Shown piece by piece: positions 26,740-35,366 of a stretch of DNA of 36,067 bases (its first letter is position 1; every line of letters starts with the position of its first letter). The notes under the pieces are model-generated. The model saw nothing but the letters and a program-made list of their open reading frames with translations. It did no database searches and was not told the origin of the DNA. A program made the translations under genes and the position numbers. This DNA is from Myxococcota bacterium (GTDB lineage Bacteria; Myxococcota_A; UBA9160; UBA4427): the NCBI GenBank assembly GCA_039187915.1, contig JBCCZJ010000003.1, positions 1-36,067 on the forward strand. The letters are read 5' to 3'.

Positions 26740-29700
26740 ATGCGCATCTCCGCCGTCGCCCACCGGATCCTGTCCACCAGTCTCGCTGTTGCGGCCACGA
26801 CCGTTTTCGCCTCCGCATCGGCGCTGGCCCAGCCGAGCCCCGCCCCCGTCTCCGCCGAAGACCCGCTCGGCGAGGGGCGTCTGGTCATCGGCTCCCCGGA
26901 ACTGGTCGTCGCCCAGGCCGGCTCCTGGAATCCCTACTTCCCGCTCGACAGCCGCGCACAGCAGCATCTGCTCGACGCGGTCGGCTCGGTCGACACCCAT
27001 GCGATGGAGCAACCCGGCAACACGGCGACCAGCGGGAGCTCGCGCATGCTTCCCGATACGCTGATCGACGTCACCGTCGGACGCTTCCTCGACGACGATG
27101 GCGGACGTGCCCTGCCGCGCTCGATCACGGCCTGGATCGGCCAGAGCAATGAGCTCGTCCTGAGCGCCCCGGGACTCAACCGGCTCTCGCTCTCGCTCGG
27201 CACCTTCGCCAGCTCCCTGCCGACCGGCCATGCCTTCCCGGCGCTCGCGACGCCCTATCGATCCCTCGCCGGCGCCTACGCCGATGAGCTTCGACAGTTC
27301 CGGATCGAAACCGGTGACGTCGACGGCGACGGCGTCGACGAGACCGTCGTCGCCCAGCGAAACGCGTCGGGGCAGATCCAGGTCTCGATCTATCGCTTTC
27401 AGGGCTCGGACGGATCCGCGGTCCGCACGCGCTTCCTGCTCGACGAGTTCGTGTTCAGTACGGTCTTCTATGCTTCCGGCGCCTGCTCGCGCGGGCCGGC
27501 TTACGCACCGGTCGGCGCGATGGCGTTCGACGTGGCGATGACGGACGTCGACGGAGACGGCGCGGACGAGCTCGCCATCGCCTTCAATCGCGCCCACTGC
27601 GATTGGACCGGCGCCCAGGGTCGAGATGAGTGGATCCAGACGCCCTCGATCGCGATCTACCGTGACCAGAATCCCGGCCCGTCCCAGAACTGGGCCGTCG
27701 AGGTCGCGCCGCAGGACGTGTCGACGCCGCGCCACGCCGCGCGCAACCGATCGAGCGGCGCATGGACCGGAGAAGTCTGGCCGCGCGTCGCGATCGTCGG
27801 TGCCGACCGCAACGGCAATGGCCGCGAACAACTCCTGACGGCCGCGACGACGGACGACGGCCAGGTCCTGCTCACGCAGATCGAGGTCGACACCCTCGCT
27901 TCGCCCTGGACGGCCACGAACGACGGCGTGCAGTACGCCGGCCCCGAAGCGGCGTGCGGCTGCGATGGCGGCCCTTTCACGGTCGAGGCGGACGACCTCG
28001 ATCGCGACGGCGACGCCGAGATCGTCGTCTATGCGAACGACGAGCTCCGGATCTTCTCCGAGAACCCCAACAAGGACGTCCCGGCCACCGGTATCGAGGC
28101 CTACCTCAACGGCCTTCTCGTGGAGCGGGCTTCGACCACGCTCGAGCCCTCGCGTCTCGACGCCACCAGTCATCGCGTGCTGACCTTCGGCGACCCGGAC
28201 ATCGACTTCGGCGATTCGTTCGCCCGCGAGATCCTCGTGGCCGAGGCGCTCTCGACCGCGTCCGGTCGCGCGGGGGACCTCGCCCTCCTGCGATGGGACG
28301 GCGACGCCGCGATCGACTTCGTCGCCAGCCAGCCTCTGCCGACGCTCGCGGTGGCCGAGGCGGATCGTGCCTATCCCGTCGCGCTGGCCGCGATCGAAGT
28401 CGACGAAGACGGGGCCCGACTGTCGGCACCCGCCTGCGAGACCGCGTTCGACGTGGCTCAGCCGCTGGTGATCGTCAACGCGCCGCCGATCCACTTCGAC
28501 ACCGAGAACCGATCTCCCGCGGACGGGGCGTGCGTGGATTCGTCGACGCCCGGCTGCTTCGACGTGAACGCCTGCTATCCGGCGGTCGCGGGCTCGACCT
28601 GTGATTTCACGGCCAGCTACATCGAAGAATCGACGATCGAGGTCGCTTCCGAGGTCCGCGCCGATTGGGCCACGTCTCGCACGCGCACCGAATCGAGCGG
28701 CCTCGAGGGCGGACTCCAGGCGGCCGAGTTCGCCTACGTGAAGGCCTCGGTCGACGAAGAGCTTCGACGTTCCGTCGGAGAGCGCTTCGAGAAGGTGAGC
28801 TCGAACGCGAGCCAGCTCGAACTGACCACGACGATCGTCGCCAGTCGGCGCGACCGGGTGCTCGTGAGCGAAATCGACTACGAAGTCTGCGAGTACGAAG
28901 TGCTCGGCAGCGAAACGAACGAGCCGCTCGGCCACGTCGTCGCGGTCGTCCCCGGCGACGTCTCCCCGCCGAGCTGGCGCGCGCTCGATTCCGTCGCGAA
29001 CGGCGCGCTCCTCGCGGACCGCCACGAGGCGGGCAATCTCCTCTCGTACTCCGATGGAGGGGCCCTCTCCCTCGCGGCACTGAATGCGCGACCCGAGGTC
29101 GCGAGCGCGCTGCTCGTGACGGCGCCCCAGCAGGTCACGCCGGGAAGCGGCGACGCGGGCGGCTTCACCGTCCGTCTGGCGACCGTCGAGTCCGAGGAAC
29201 TCGTCCGCGCCTCGAGCCAGCGGATCTCGAGCTCGCTCTCGGTCGAAGGCAGCGAGGGCGTGAGCGGCGACATCGCGAACGTCTCCGCCTCGATCGGCGT
29301 CGCGACCGAGGGGAGCTACGAGGCGAACGACATGAACACCCATCGCACCACGGTCTCCGACTCGGTCGAGGTCCGCGTCGACCTCGGCTGGCTCGACGGC
29401 GGATTCGCGCAGGGTCTCGGCGCGCCCGACTACGAGATCCAGGGCCTGGTCTACTGGGACGTGAACGGCACCTTCGTCGTCGACTATGCCGTCGACCTCG
29501 ACGTCGCCCCGGTCAGTTTCTGGGACAACTATTACGGCGCTGCGCCCGACCTCACTTTCAATCTGCCCTGGCGCCAGGATTACGCGAAGGGCATCAGCTC
29601 GACGCTCGCGACCGAACTCGAGCGATCGCCGGACATCGCGGTCGTCGGTGGTCGCATCCTTCCGAACGAGCCGTTCGCGGTCGAGGTGCGCGTCGCGAAT

Positions 29701-30069
29701 CGGTCGACGCGGGAGGAGGCCTACGCGCCGGTCGGCGTGCGCGTCTACCTGGGCGACCCGCGCGAGGGCGGCGTCGAGGTGACTCAGCCGACGCCGGTGT
29801 TCTTCGACCCGGCGGCGCGAGAGACCCAGGTCCTGCGGATCGAGGGACTCGTCGCGCCGGCCGGCTATCCGATTCCGGACACGCGCGTCTTCGTGGAGCT
29901 GGATCCCGAGGACCGGGTGACCGAGATCCACGAGGACAACAACCAGGCGTGGGCCGCCTTCGAGAAGGATCCGTTCGCGGACTACGTGCCGGAGCCGCGG
30001 GTCGCGCTCGGGTTGTTGATCGGCGTCGCTGCGCTGTCCGCGCTGTCGCGGCGGCGGAGCGGATCGTGA
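26740..30069 (+). CDS. Large PEP-CTERM protein with FG-GAP/VCBS repeats and a C-terminal CARDB-like domain
   Basis: GAGG RBS; signal peptide ending ALA; GDVDGDGVDE, TDVDGDGADE, ADRNGNGREQ and DDLDRDGDAE Ca-binding repeats; DPEDRVTEIHEDNN (CARDB); VPEPRVALGLLIGVAALSALSRRR. Confidence 0.88.
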   Translation: MRISAVAHRILSTSLAVAATTVFASASALAQPSPAPVSAEDPLGEGRLVIGSPELVVAQAGSWNPYFPLDSRAQQHLLDAVGSVDTHAMEQPGNTATSGSSRMLPDTLIDVTVGRFLDDDGGRALPRSITAWIGQSNELVLSAPGLNRLSLSLGTFASSLPTGHAFPALATPYRSLAGAYADELRQFRIETGDVDGDGVDETVVAQRNASGQIQVSIYRFQGSDGSAVRTRFLLDEFVFSTVFYASGACSRGPAYAPVGAMAFDVAMTDVDGDGADELAIAFNRAHCDWTGAQGRDEWIQTPSIAIYRDQNPGPSQNWAVEVAPQDVSTPRHAARNRSSGAWTGEVWPRVAIVGADRNGNGREQLLTAATTDDGQVLLTQIEVDTLASPWTATNDGVQYAGPEAACGCDGGPFTVEADDLDRDGDAEIVVYANDELRIFSENPNKDVPATGIEAYLNGLLVERASTTLEPSRLDATSHRVLTFGDPDIDFGDSFAREILVAEALSTASGRAGDLALLRWDGDAAIDFVASQPLPTLAVAEADRAYPVALAAIEVDEDGARLSAPACETAFDVAQPLVIVNAPPIHFDTENRSPADGACVDSSTPGCFDVNACYPAVAGSTCDFTASYIEESTIEVASEVRADWATSRTRTESSGLEGGLQAAEFAYVKASVDEELRRSVGERFEKVSSNASQLELTTTIVASRRDRVLVSEIDYEVCEYEVLGSETNEPLGHVVAVVPGDVSPPSWRALDSVANGALLADRHEAGNLLSYSDGGALSLAALNARPEVASALLVTAPQQVTPGSGDAGGFTVRLATVESEELVRASSQRISSSLSVEGSEGVSGDIANVSASIGVATEGSYEANDMNTHRTTVSDSVEVRVDLGWLDGGFAQGLGAPDYEIQGLVYWDVNGTFVVDYAVDLDVAPVSFWDNYYGAAPDLTFNLPWRQDYAKGISSTLATELERSPDIAVVGGRILPNEPFAVEVRVANRSTREEAYAPVGVRVYLGDPREGGVEVTQPTPVFFDPAARETQVLRIEGLVAPAGYPIPDTRVFVELDPEDRVTEIHEDNNQAWAAFEKDPFADYVPEPRVALGLLIGVAALSALSRRRSGS

Positions 30070-30087
30070 GCGCTCGATTGAAGTCGC

Positions 30088-30180
30088 CCCCGGAAGGGGC
30101 TGAGGTGCCCTGGCCGAGACGACTTCTCAGTTCCCCATGTAGCGGTGGTGCCGAAAATCAAGCTTGTTCTTCCTATCCGC
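30088..30180 (+). mobile_element. 93-bp repeat copy 1, ending in an IS91/ISCR oriIS-like terminus
   Basis: 83/93 identical, ungapped, to 32205-32297; ends GCTTGTTCTTCCTATCCGC, resembling the ISCR/IS91 oriIS consensus G..TTGAA(C/A)TTCCTAT. Confidence 0.7.
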
Positions 30181-30346
30181 TCGACCGCACGTCGAGCAAG
30201 AGCGCATCCGCCGGCCGCTGCTCGACGCAGCTCTGCTGGCTGAGCATCGGGATCGCCTCCGGCCGCAATTCGTTCGCGCACGCCACGAGAACGAGCGCGG
30301 TTGAGAGGGCGAGGAGCCCGAGACGAATCGCGTGTCCGCTCATCAT
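30173..30346 (-). pseudogene. Truncated rhodanese-like lipoprotein (57 aa)
   Basis: MMSGHAIRLGLLALSTALVLVAC (lipobox)...ADALLLDVRS matches a rhodanese N-terminus, then stops at a TAG supplied by the 93-bp repeat. Confidence 0.65.
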
Positions 30347-30377
30347 CAGAGGCGCGCTACCTCAGAGGCGCGCTACC
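30346..30377. repeat. Perfect 16-bp tandem duplication TCAGAGGCGCGCTACC x2
   Basis: 30346-30361 and 30362-30377; duplicates the last codons and stop of the upstream lipoprotein gene. Confidence 0.9.
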
Positions 30378-30964
30378 ACGCCGTCCGCGACCTGCAGGGC
30401 GAGATGTTCGATCAGCTGCCGACGGGCGGGATCGACGTAGGCCTCCGGCGTGGCGAAGATCGCATGCACGATTCCGGCCTCCGCTTCGACCTCGAAGGTC
30501 GCGATCGTGTTTCCATCGCGTGAGAGGGTCACCTCGAGAGCTCCCTCGTAGTCCTGGAAATAGGGAAGGATGGGGGCGGGCAGGAAGAAGAACCAGCCGG
30601 TCGCCGCCGCAGCGATCGTTCCCCAGAGGATCGCTTCGTCGAGTCCGCCGATTCCGCTGACCTCGACGATGATCTGGTCCGCGCTCGGAGCGGGTTCGAC
30701 GGGATAGTGGACCGCGGAGAAGGCCTTACGCCCGATCAGGGCCTTCTGGATCGCCTCGGCGAGTTCGCCGTTGCCCCACGGAACACCGGCCTCGTTCACG
30801 CGCAGGATGGCTTGCGCGCTTCCGTCGCCCTTGGGCGCCTGCGGCGCGTACGCCCCTGGGCCGGTCTGGAACGACCAGCAGCCCGCTTGCGTGAGGAAGG
30901 TGACGAAGAGGACAGCGACCAGGCCGCGGCGGAGGGGCTGGGCACGTCGGAGTCGTCGGATCAC
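30362..30964 (-). CDS. Putative lipoprotein, function unknown
   Basis: Basic N-terminus, hydrophobic core, TQAGC lipobox-like motif; internal hydrophobic hairpin; GTGA overlap with the upstream gene. Confidence 0.7.
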   Translation of the reverse strand: MIRRLRRAQPLRRGLVAVLFVTFLTQAGCWSFQTGPGAYAPQAPKGDGSAQAILRVNEAGVPWGNGELAEAIQKALIGRKAFSAVHYPVEPAPSADQIIVEVSGIGGLDEAILWGTIAAAATGWFFFLPAPILPYFQDYEGALEVTLSRDGNTIATFEVEAEAGIVHAIFATPEAYVDPARRQLIEHLALQVADGVVARL

Positions 30965-31191
30965 GGGGCGGCCTCCTCGGTCGGGTTCGGGGTCTCGTCG
31001 TACGAAGCGGCTTCGTCATCGGTGGCCGCAGTCGGCGGTGCGGACGGCTCGCGCGAGATCGTCCACACCAGATCGTTGTTGGCGCGGGCGTCCTCCGGCA
31101 TGGCGACGTACTGACGTGCGCAGGCGAGGGCGCTCGTCGAGAGGAGCAGCAGGAGGATCATCCATCGGGCTGCGTTCGATCTTCTCGTCAT
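30961..31191 (-). CDS. Small lipoprotein (76 aa)
   Basis: MTRRSNAARWMILLLLLSTSALAC lipobox; ATGA overlap with the upstream gene; acidic disordered tail. Confidence 0.6.
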   Translation of the reverse strand: MTRRSNAARWMILLLLLSTSALACARQYVAMPEDARANNDLVWTISREPSAPPTAATDDEAASYDETPNPTEEAAP

Positions 31192-31925
31192 CGTGCAGCT
31201 CCCTCGCCGTTCAATCGAGCCCACTGCGCGCCGTCTCCGGGCCCGCTCCACTCGGCCGGTGTCTCGCCGAGGCGGGCGTAGCGATTCGCGAGGGTGAGGA
31301 TCGCCGCGGCCATCGTCCGGACCGTACGGCCGTGGGTCTTGTCAAGAACTGTCTGATCCGGGGAGCCCACGGTCACGACATCCTGGGACTTCACGTGGAA
31401 GTTCCGACTCGCGACGAGGCCGGCCCCGTTCGTGACCTCGAGGCGCACGCGGTAGTCGCTCTCCGACAGGACGGACTGCATCTGGGCCATGACCTCGACC
31501 TCCGCCATCAGGAGGGTGCCGCGTACCTGAAGGACATCGGCGTCGAAGGGGCCTTCCTCGACGACCTCGAAGTCGGCGGACTCGAGGGCCTCGATCAGGT
31601 CCTCCGCGAGCCAGGTCGGCGGCGCCTTCGAACAGAGGAGTTGCATCCGGAACATCGGACGCGAGGACGAGGTGCCCTTCTTCGTCCGTCCGGAGCTCGT
31701 CTTCTTCCCTTCCGCGGGTCCCTGGCACGCGGCGGTCTCTCGCTCGTCTTCGAAGGGCGTGACCACGTGGACGCGCATTCCTTCGTCGGCGCGGAAGTCG
31801 ACGCGCGTCCTGACCAGCGGGCGCCGGAGTTCGGGCGCCTGGGCGCACGCAAGCGTCAGTGACCCGACGAGCGCGACCAGCCCGAAGAGCGTGATCGCAA
31901 AGCGAAGGGAAGGGGAACGGATCAT
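31188..31925 (-). CDS. Lipoprotein, possibly YajG-like fold
   Basis: GGAG RBS; MIRSPSLRFAITLFGLVALVGSLTLAC lipobox; VVTPFEDER and WLAEDLIEALESADFEV pattern. Confidence 0.7.
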   Translation of the reverse strand: MIRSPSLRFAITLFGLVALVGSLTLACAQAPELRRPLVRTRVDFRADEGMRVHVVTPFEDERETAACQGPAEGKKTSSGRTKKGTSSSRPMFRMQLLCSKAPPTWLAEDLIEALESADFEVVEEGPFDADVLQVRGTLLMAEVEVMAQMQSVLSESDYRVRLEVTNGAGLVASRNFHVKSQDVVTVGSPDQTVLDKTHGRTVRTMAAAILTLANRYARLGETPAEWSGPGDGAQWARLNGEGAAR

Positions 31926-31984
31926 CGCGGCTCCTGTCCGATTCGGTCGGTGGAGCCGCGAAGATAGGAAGCTGATAGGCGATG

Positions 31985-32204
31985 AGCCAGCGATGCTTCT
32001 GCGGCTTGTCCGTGCCTGCGGGTCGATGTGGACGTTGACGATCGACGGCGTCGAGTCGTCCAGCGCTTGCTTCAGGGCAGCGGTCAGTTGGTCCGGCGTT
32101 CGAACTGAATCGCCCCTGATCCCGAAGCCTTCGATCCTCTTCTCATACCCGGCCTGGATCGTATAGGCCATCGCCGGCCACTGGAAGCGATCTTCCTGCA
32201 GCTT
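31985..32204 (-). pseudogene. C-terminal fragment of a TPP-dependent enzyme (oxalyl-CoA decarboxylase / 2-hydroxyacyl-CoA lyase-like)
   Basis: AYTIQAGYEKRIEGFGIRGDSVRTPDQLTAALKQALDDSTPSIVNVHIDPQAR, then KPQKHRWL in a shifted frame; no N-terminal part; abuts repeat copy 2. Confidence 0.7.
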
Positions 32205-32297
32205 CCCCGGAAGGGGCTGAGGCGCCCCGGCCGAGACAACTCGTCAGTTCCCGATCGAGCGGTGGTGCCGAAAATCCAGCTTGCTCTTCCTATCCGC
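32205..32297 (+). mobile_element. 93-bp repeat copy 2, ending in an IS91/ISCR oriIS-like terminus
   Basis: Direct repeat of 30088-30180 with 10 substitutions; ends GCTTGCTCTTCCTATCCGC. Confidence 0.7.
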
Positions 32298-32475
32298 GTT
32301 CATCGAATCGTCTTCCGCGAAGCGTCGATCTCGACGCGCCCGAGGGGCCGGGACCCTTCGAATCGAGGCGGGCACGCGGGTCGAGAAGCGGCCGACGATG
32401 CGCAGGGCCGGCGCCTTCGCGAGGCGTCCGAGCGTCGGGTCGAAGGAACGCGAGTGGAGGCAGTCCCGATCCAGC

Positions 32476-33890
32476 CTAACGACGCTGCGCCGACGGTGAC
32501 TTTCGCCGCTTCGGGCGTCGGCGTAGGGCCATCGCCAGGACCCCGATCATCAGCCCTGTCGGTCCGTCGAGTTCCGGTACGAAGAAGGGCGTCTCGACCC
32601 GATAGCCGATCGAGTAGGGACCCGAGGGGCCGGACCCGAAGTAGGTCAAAATCACGTCGTGGGTGCCGGGGCCGAAGAGGGCCTCGAGACCTGGATCGAT
32701 CGCCGTGTCGTCGAGCAGGGTCGGCGCCACGCCCGTCTCGCTGGCCTGCAAGATGAAGCTCGCGTTGAGGTCGAACGCGTCCACTGGCGGGCCGCCGCCG
32801 GGGAGCGACACCTGCGGTACGCCGAGGACGCGCAGATTCCTGGCACGCAGCGTGTATTGGTCCCGGAGGACGCCGAATGTCGGGAAGTCGTCTTCGACGA
32901 AGATGCTGCAGTCGAGAGAACCGGCGAGGCAGAACGCCGTATCCTCGTGCGCGAGTGATCCGAAATGGAGCCCGGTTGCGACGACGGCGTTCCGGTACTC
33001 CGCGGACTCCGGCGCGACGTCGCCGTCCACGGTGAAGGCGTCGAAGCTGAGTTCCGCCGCGAACCAGCCGCCGTCGAGACCCTGGTCGTCGAGGAAGGCC
33101 TGTACGTCGGGCGGCACGATCCCGGAGATGAGCGCGGGATCGGCGAAGGCGCGGCCCGAGAAGGCGTAGGGGACGATGTCGCTCGCGGCGGCGTCGAAGG
33201 ACCAGGCGACGCTACCGCTTCCGGACCACGAGACGTCCGGCGGCGAGCCGCAATTCGTCCCGCTCAAGCTCGCGAGTTCCGGCCGGATTTCGAGCGTATG
33301 GGTCGCCCCGAGCATCACGGGGCGGGTCGCTGTCCCGATCGCCGTCGGGCTCGCGTTCGACACGTCCACGGCGGCGAAGAAAGCGCCGTCTAATCTGAAC
33401 TCGAGGCGGCCCGAGCAGAGCGAACCGCCGACCGGACTGCAGGCCAGCGAGTAGTCGAGGGTGAGCAGCCCTCTGCGCTCGAGACGAACGTGTAGGAGAA
33501 GCCGTCGCTTCGATCGTTGTTCGCCTGGCAGGCGTGCGTGAAGTCGGCTCCGGGATCCGAGACGTTCAGACCGCCGCTGAAGCTCGTCGTGCCGGACGAG
33601 GCGGACGAGAACTGCGTGGTCATGTTGATCGTCGCGTTCGCGTTCGGGCCCGTCCCGGAAGCGGCGTTGGCATCGGCGGTGGCGGAAAGGTCGCCCAGAG
33701 TCGCGAGCTGTGTGTCGCTTCCGAGCGCAGTCTCCTGGTCGACCAGGACGCCGCAGGTCCCGGGCCCGGTGCAGACCTGCGCGAAGCTCTCGAGCGAGAT
33801 CGAACTCGAGACGGGCGTCGCCGCCATTGCGACCGTGGGCAGGAACCGCGCTGCAACGAAGGCTGCGACGGGCCGGGCCGGACGGACGTC
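32476..33890 (-). pseudogene. Frameshifted PEP-CTERM-type surface protein (VPEL variant)
   Basis: N-terminal part (..AMAATPVSSSISLES..) is in the 33390-34040 frame and the C-terminal part (LLTLDYSL...VPELDGPTGLMIGVLAMALRRR) is in the 32476 frame; one added base at the CCC at 33469-33471 joins them; start uncertain. Confidence 0.65.
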
Positions 33891-34116
33891 AAAGTCGCCT
33901 GCCGACGTCGGAAGCCACGCAATCGGTGGAGTCAGCACATGCAGGTTGAACGTGTCGCAGAGGCTACCGAGGCGAAAGAGGCGGGCGAAGCGGGGACGCG
34001 CAAGTCGCACGATGATTGCCGGTGGCCGCGAAACTCTCACGGCCTCCTGGCCGACTCAGGGACGGGCGGGCCCATTCGATCCGATCGCGCTACGCGCACG
34101 GCGAAGAACCCCTAAA

Positions 34117-34160
34117 TGGAGCCGACGATCCGACTCGAACGGACGACCTGCTCATTCCGA
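34117..34160 (-). tRNA. 3' half of tRNA-Thr (probably CGT), likely an integration att site and not a functional tRNA
   Basis: Minus strand AATGAGCAGGTC-GTCCG-TTCGAGT-CGGAT-CGTCGGC-T-CCA gives the 3' anticodon strand, T-arm, 3' acceptor strand, U discriminator and CCA; no D-arm or 5' acceptor strand upstream. Confidence 0.8.
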
Positions 34161-34316
34161 GAGGACGGGGAGGGTGACGAAAAGCAATAGGTTACGGGGC
34201 GTCGAGGGCATTGGATGGCAATGCGCGGCGAGGGACTGCATGCGTACTCGCTGATCGAGAAGGAGCGCCTCGCCAGGCCGCGTGTATTCCCGTGCGTGCA
34301 CCCCGGTCCATCGCTT

Positions 34317-34757
34317 CTACGCGAGATCCCCAAGCTTCAAGACCTCCAGCCCCGAGATCGCAGGCAACCTCCGATCGTTAGTGATCATCGTGGTCGCCCG
34401 TGTTGCGAGTCCCGCCGCGAGCTGGAGCGCGTCCGGTGTCCGGACGCCGTGGACTGCGCGGAGTTGAGCCGCCGCCCGGAGTTGCTGCCGATCGATGTCG
34501 ACCAGCTGGAGGTGCGGGGCGCGAGTGAGAAGCCGCTCGTAACGCTCCGCCAATGCGACCTTGCCGGCGCGATAGGGCACGACCAACACTTCGAGCAGCG
34601 TGATCGCCGAAGTCACAGCCTCGATCTCGCCGCTAACGATCGCCCGGAAGAGCGGCTCGACCTTTGCCAGGTAGGTTGGGTTCTCTTCGATCCAGTAGAT
34701 GAAGATGGCGGTATCGAGGGCGATCGGACCTTCCCCGAGACTGTCGATCAGTCCCAA
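34317..34757 (-). CDS. vapC: PIN-domain toxin (VapC/FitB-like)
   Basis: IALDTAIFIY, TSAITLLEVL and RTPDALQLA...TND acidic PIN motifs; TTG start overlapping the antitoxin stop. Confidence 0.88.
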   Translation of the reverse strand: MGLIDSLGEGPIALDTAIFIYWIEENPTYLAKVEPLFRAIVSGEIEAVTSAITLLEVLVVPYRAGKVALAERYERLLTRAPHLQLVDIDRQQLRAAAQLRAVHGVRTPDALQLAAGLATRATTMITNDRRLPAISGLEVLKLGDLA

Positions 34758-34978
34758 GAATCGCGCTCCTTTGCGACGTGCTCAGCGGCGTCGGTCTCGG
34801 CCCAGATCTCTTTCCCGAGTCCCTGGAGTTCGAGGAGGGAGACGGGTTCCGGCTCCTCGAGCACGTCCGTCAGGATGTGCGTGACCTCCTGGGCGATAGA
34901 TCGATGATTTGCACGTGCGCGCTCACGAAGCCGTTCGTAGAGGGTGTCAGAGAGGCCCTTGATGTTCAGTGTGGCCAT
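34748..34978 (-). CDS. FitA/Arc-like ribbon-helix-helix antitoxin
   Basis: AGGAGG RBS; MATLNIKGLSDTLYERLRERARANHRSIAQEV; directly upstream of and overlapping the PIN toxin. Confidence 0.88.
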   Translation of the reverse strand: MATLNIKGLSDTLYERLRERARANHRSIAQEVTHILTDVLEEPEPVSLLELQGLGKEIWAETDAAEHVAKERDSWD

Positions 34979-35366
34979 GGTTCCTCCTGAATGGAGACAT
35001 TTTGGAGGACTCTTGATGGGATAGCAAGGCCGGTCGATCCGGAGGCTCGACGAGCCCGCCGCGGGTCGGTCGGCGGTGGGGGCCTCGTGGAGGACAACCA
35101 GGCCACCGACAACCTGCGGCGACTTCGAAAGCGACGCCGTCGTGCTCGACCGTGGATATCGGGGTAGGGCGTGCCGCCACGCGGCGCCGCGCGGCGACCG
35201 CGCGTTCACGAAGACCGGGAGAACAGGAAGTGGCGGCGCGGAGCGACTGCCAAGAGAGGTCGCGGAGATGGCGGCGCGATCCGAAGGGGAACGCGATGTC
35301 TCCGCCGGCAAGCCGTTTGCGGGGCGAGGTTGATTCGATGGAGGTTCCGGCGAAGTCGCCGCAATT

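Noticed and set aside
246-29931. Many long overlapping ORFs (e.g. 246-2165 -, 1795-4212 -, 5253-8012 -, 17563-20490 +, 26659-29931 -)
   Set aside because: Antisense or off-frame shadows of real high-GC genes; Arg/Pro/Ala-rich with no recognisable motifs
30080-30126. Hammerhead-ribozyme-like fold in repeat copy 1 (GAAGTCG...CTGAGG...GAGAC GACTTC)
   Set aside because: Core deviates from CUGANGA/GAAA and the outer stem is not conserved in copy 2
34117-34195. Complete tRNA gene
   Set aside because: The 5' acceptor strand and D-arm are absent; only the 3' half is present
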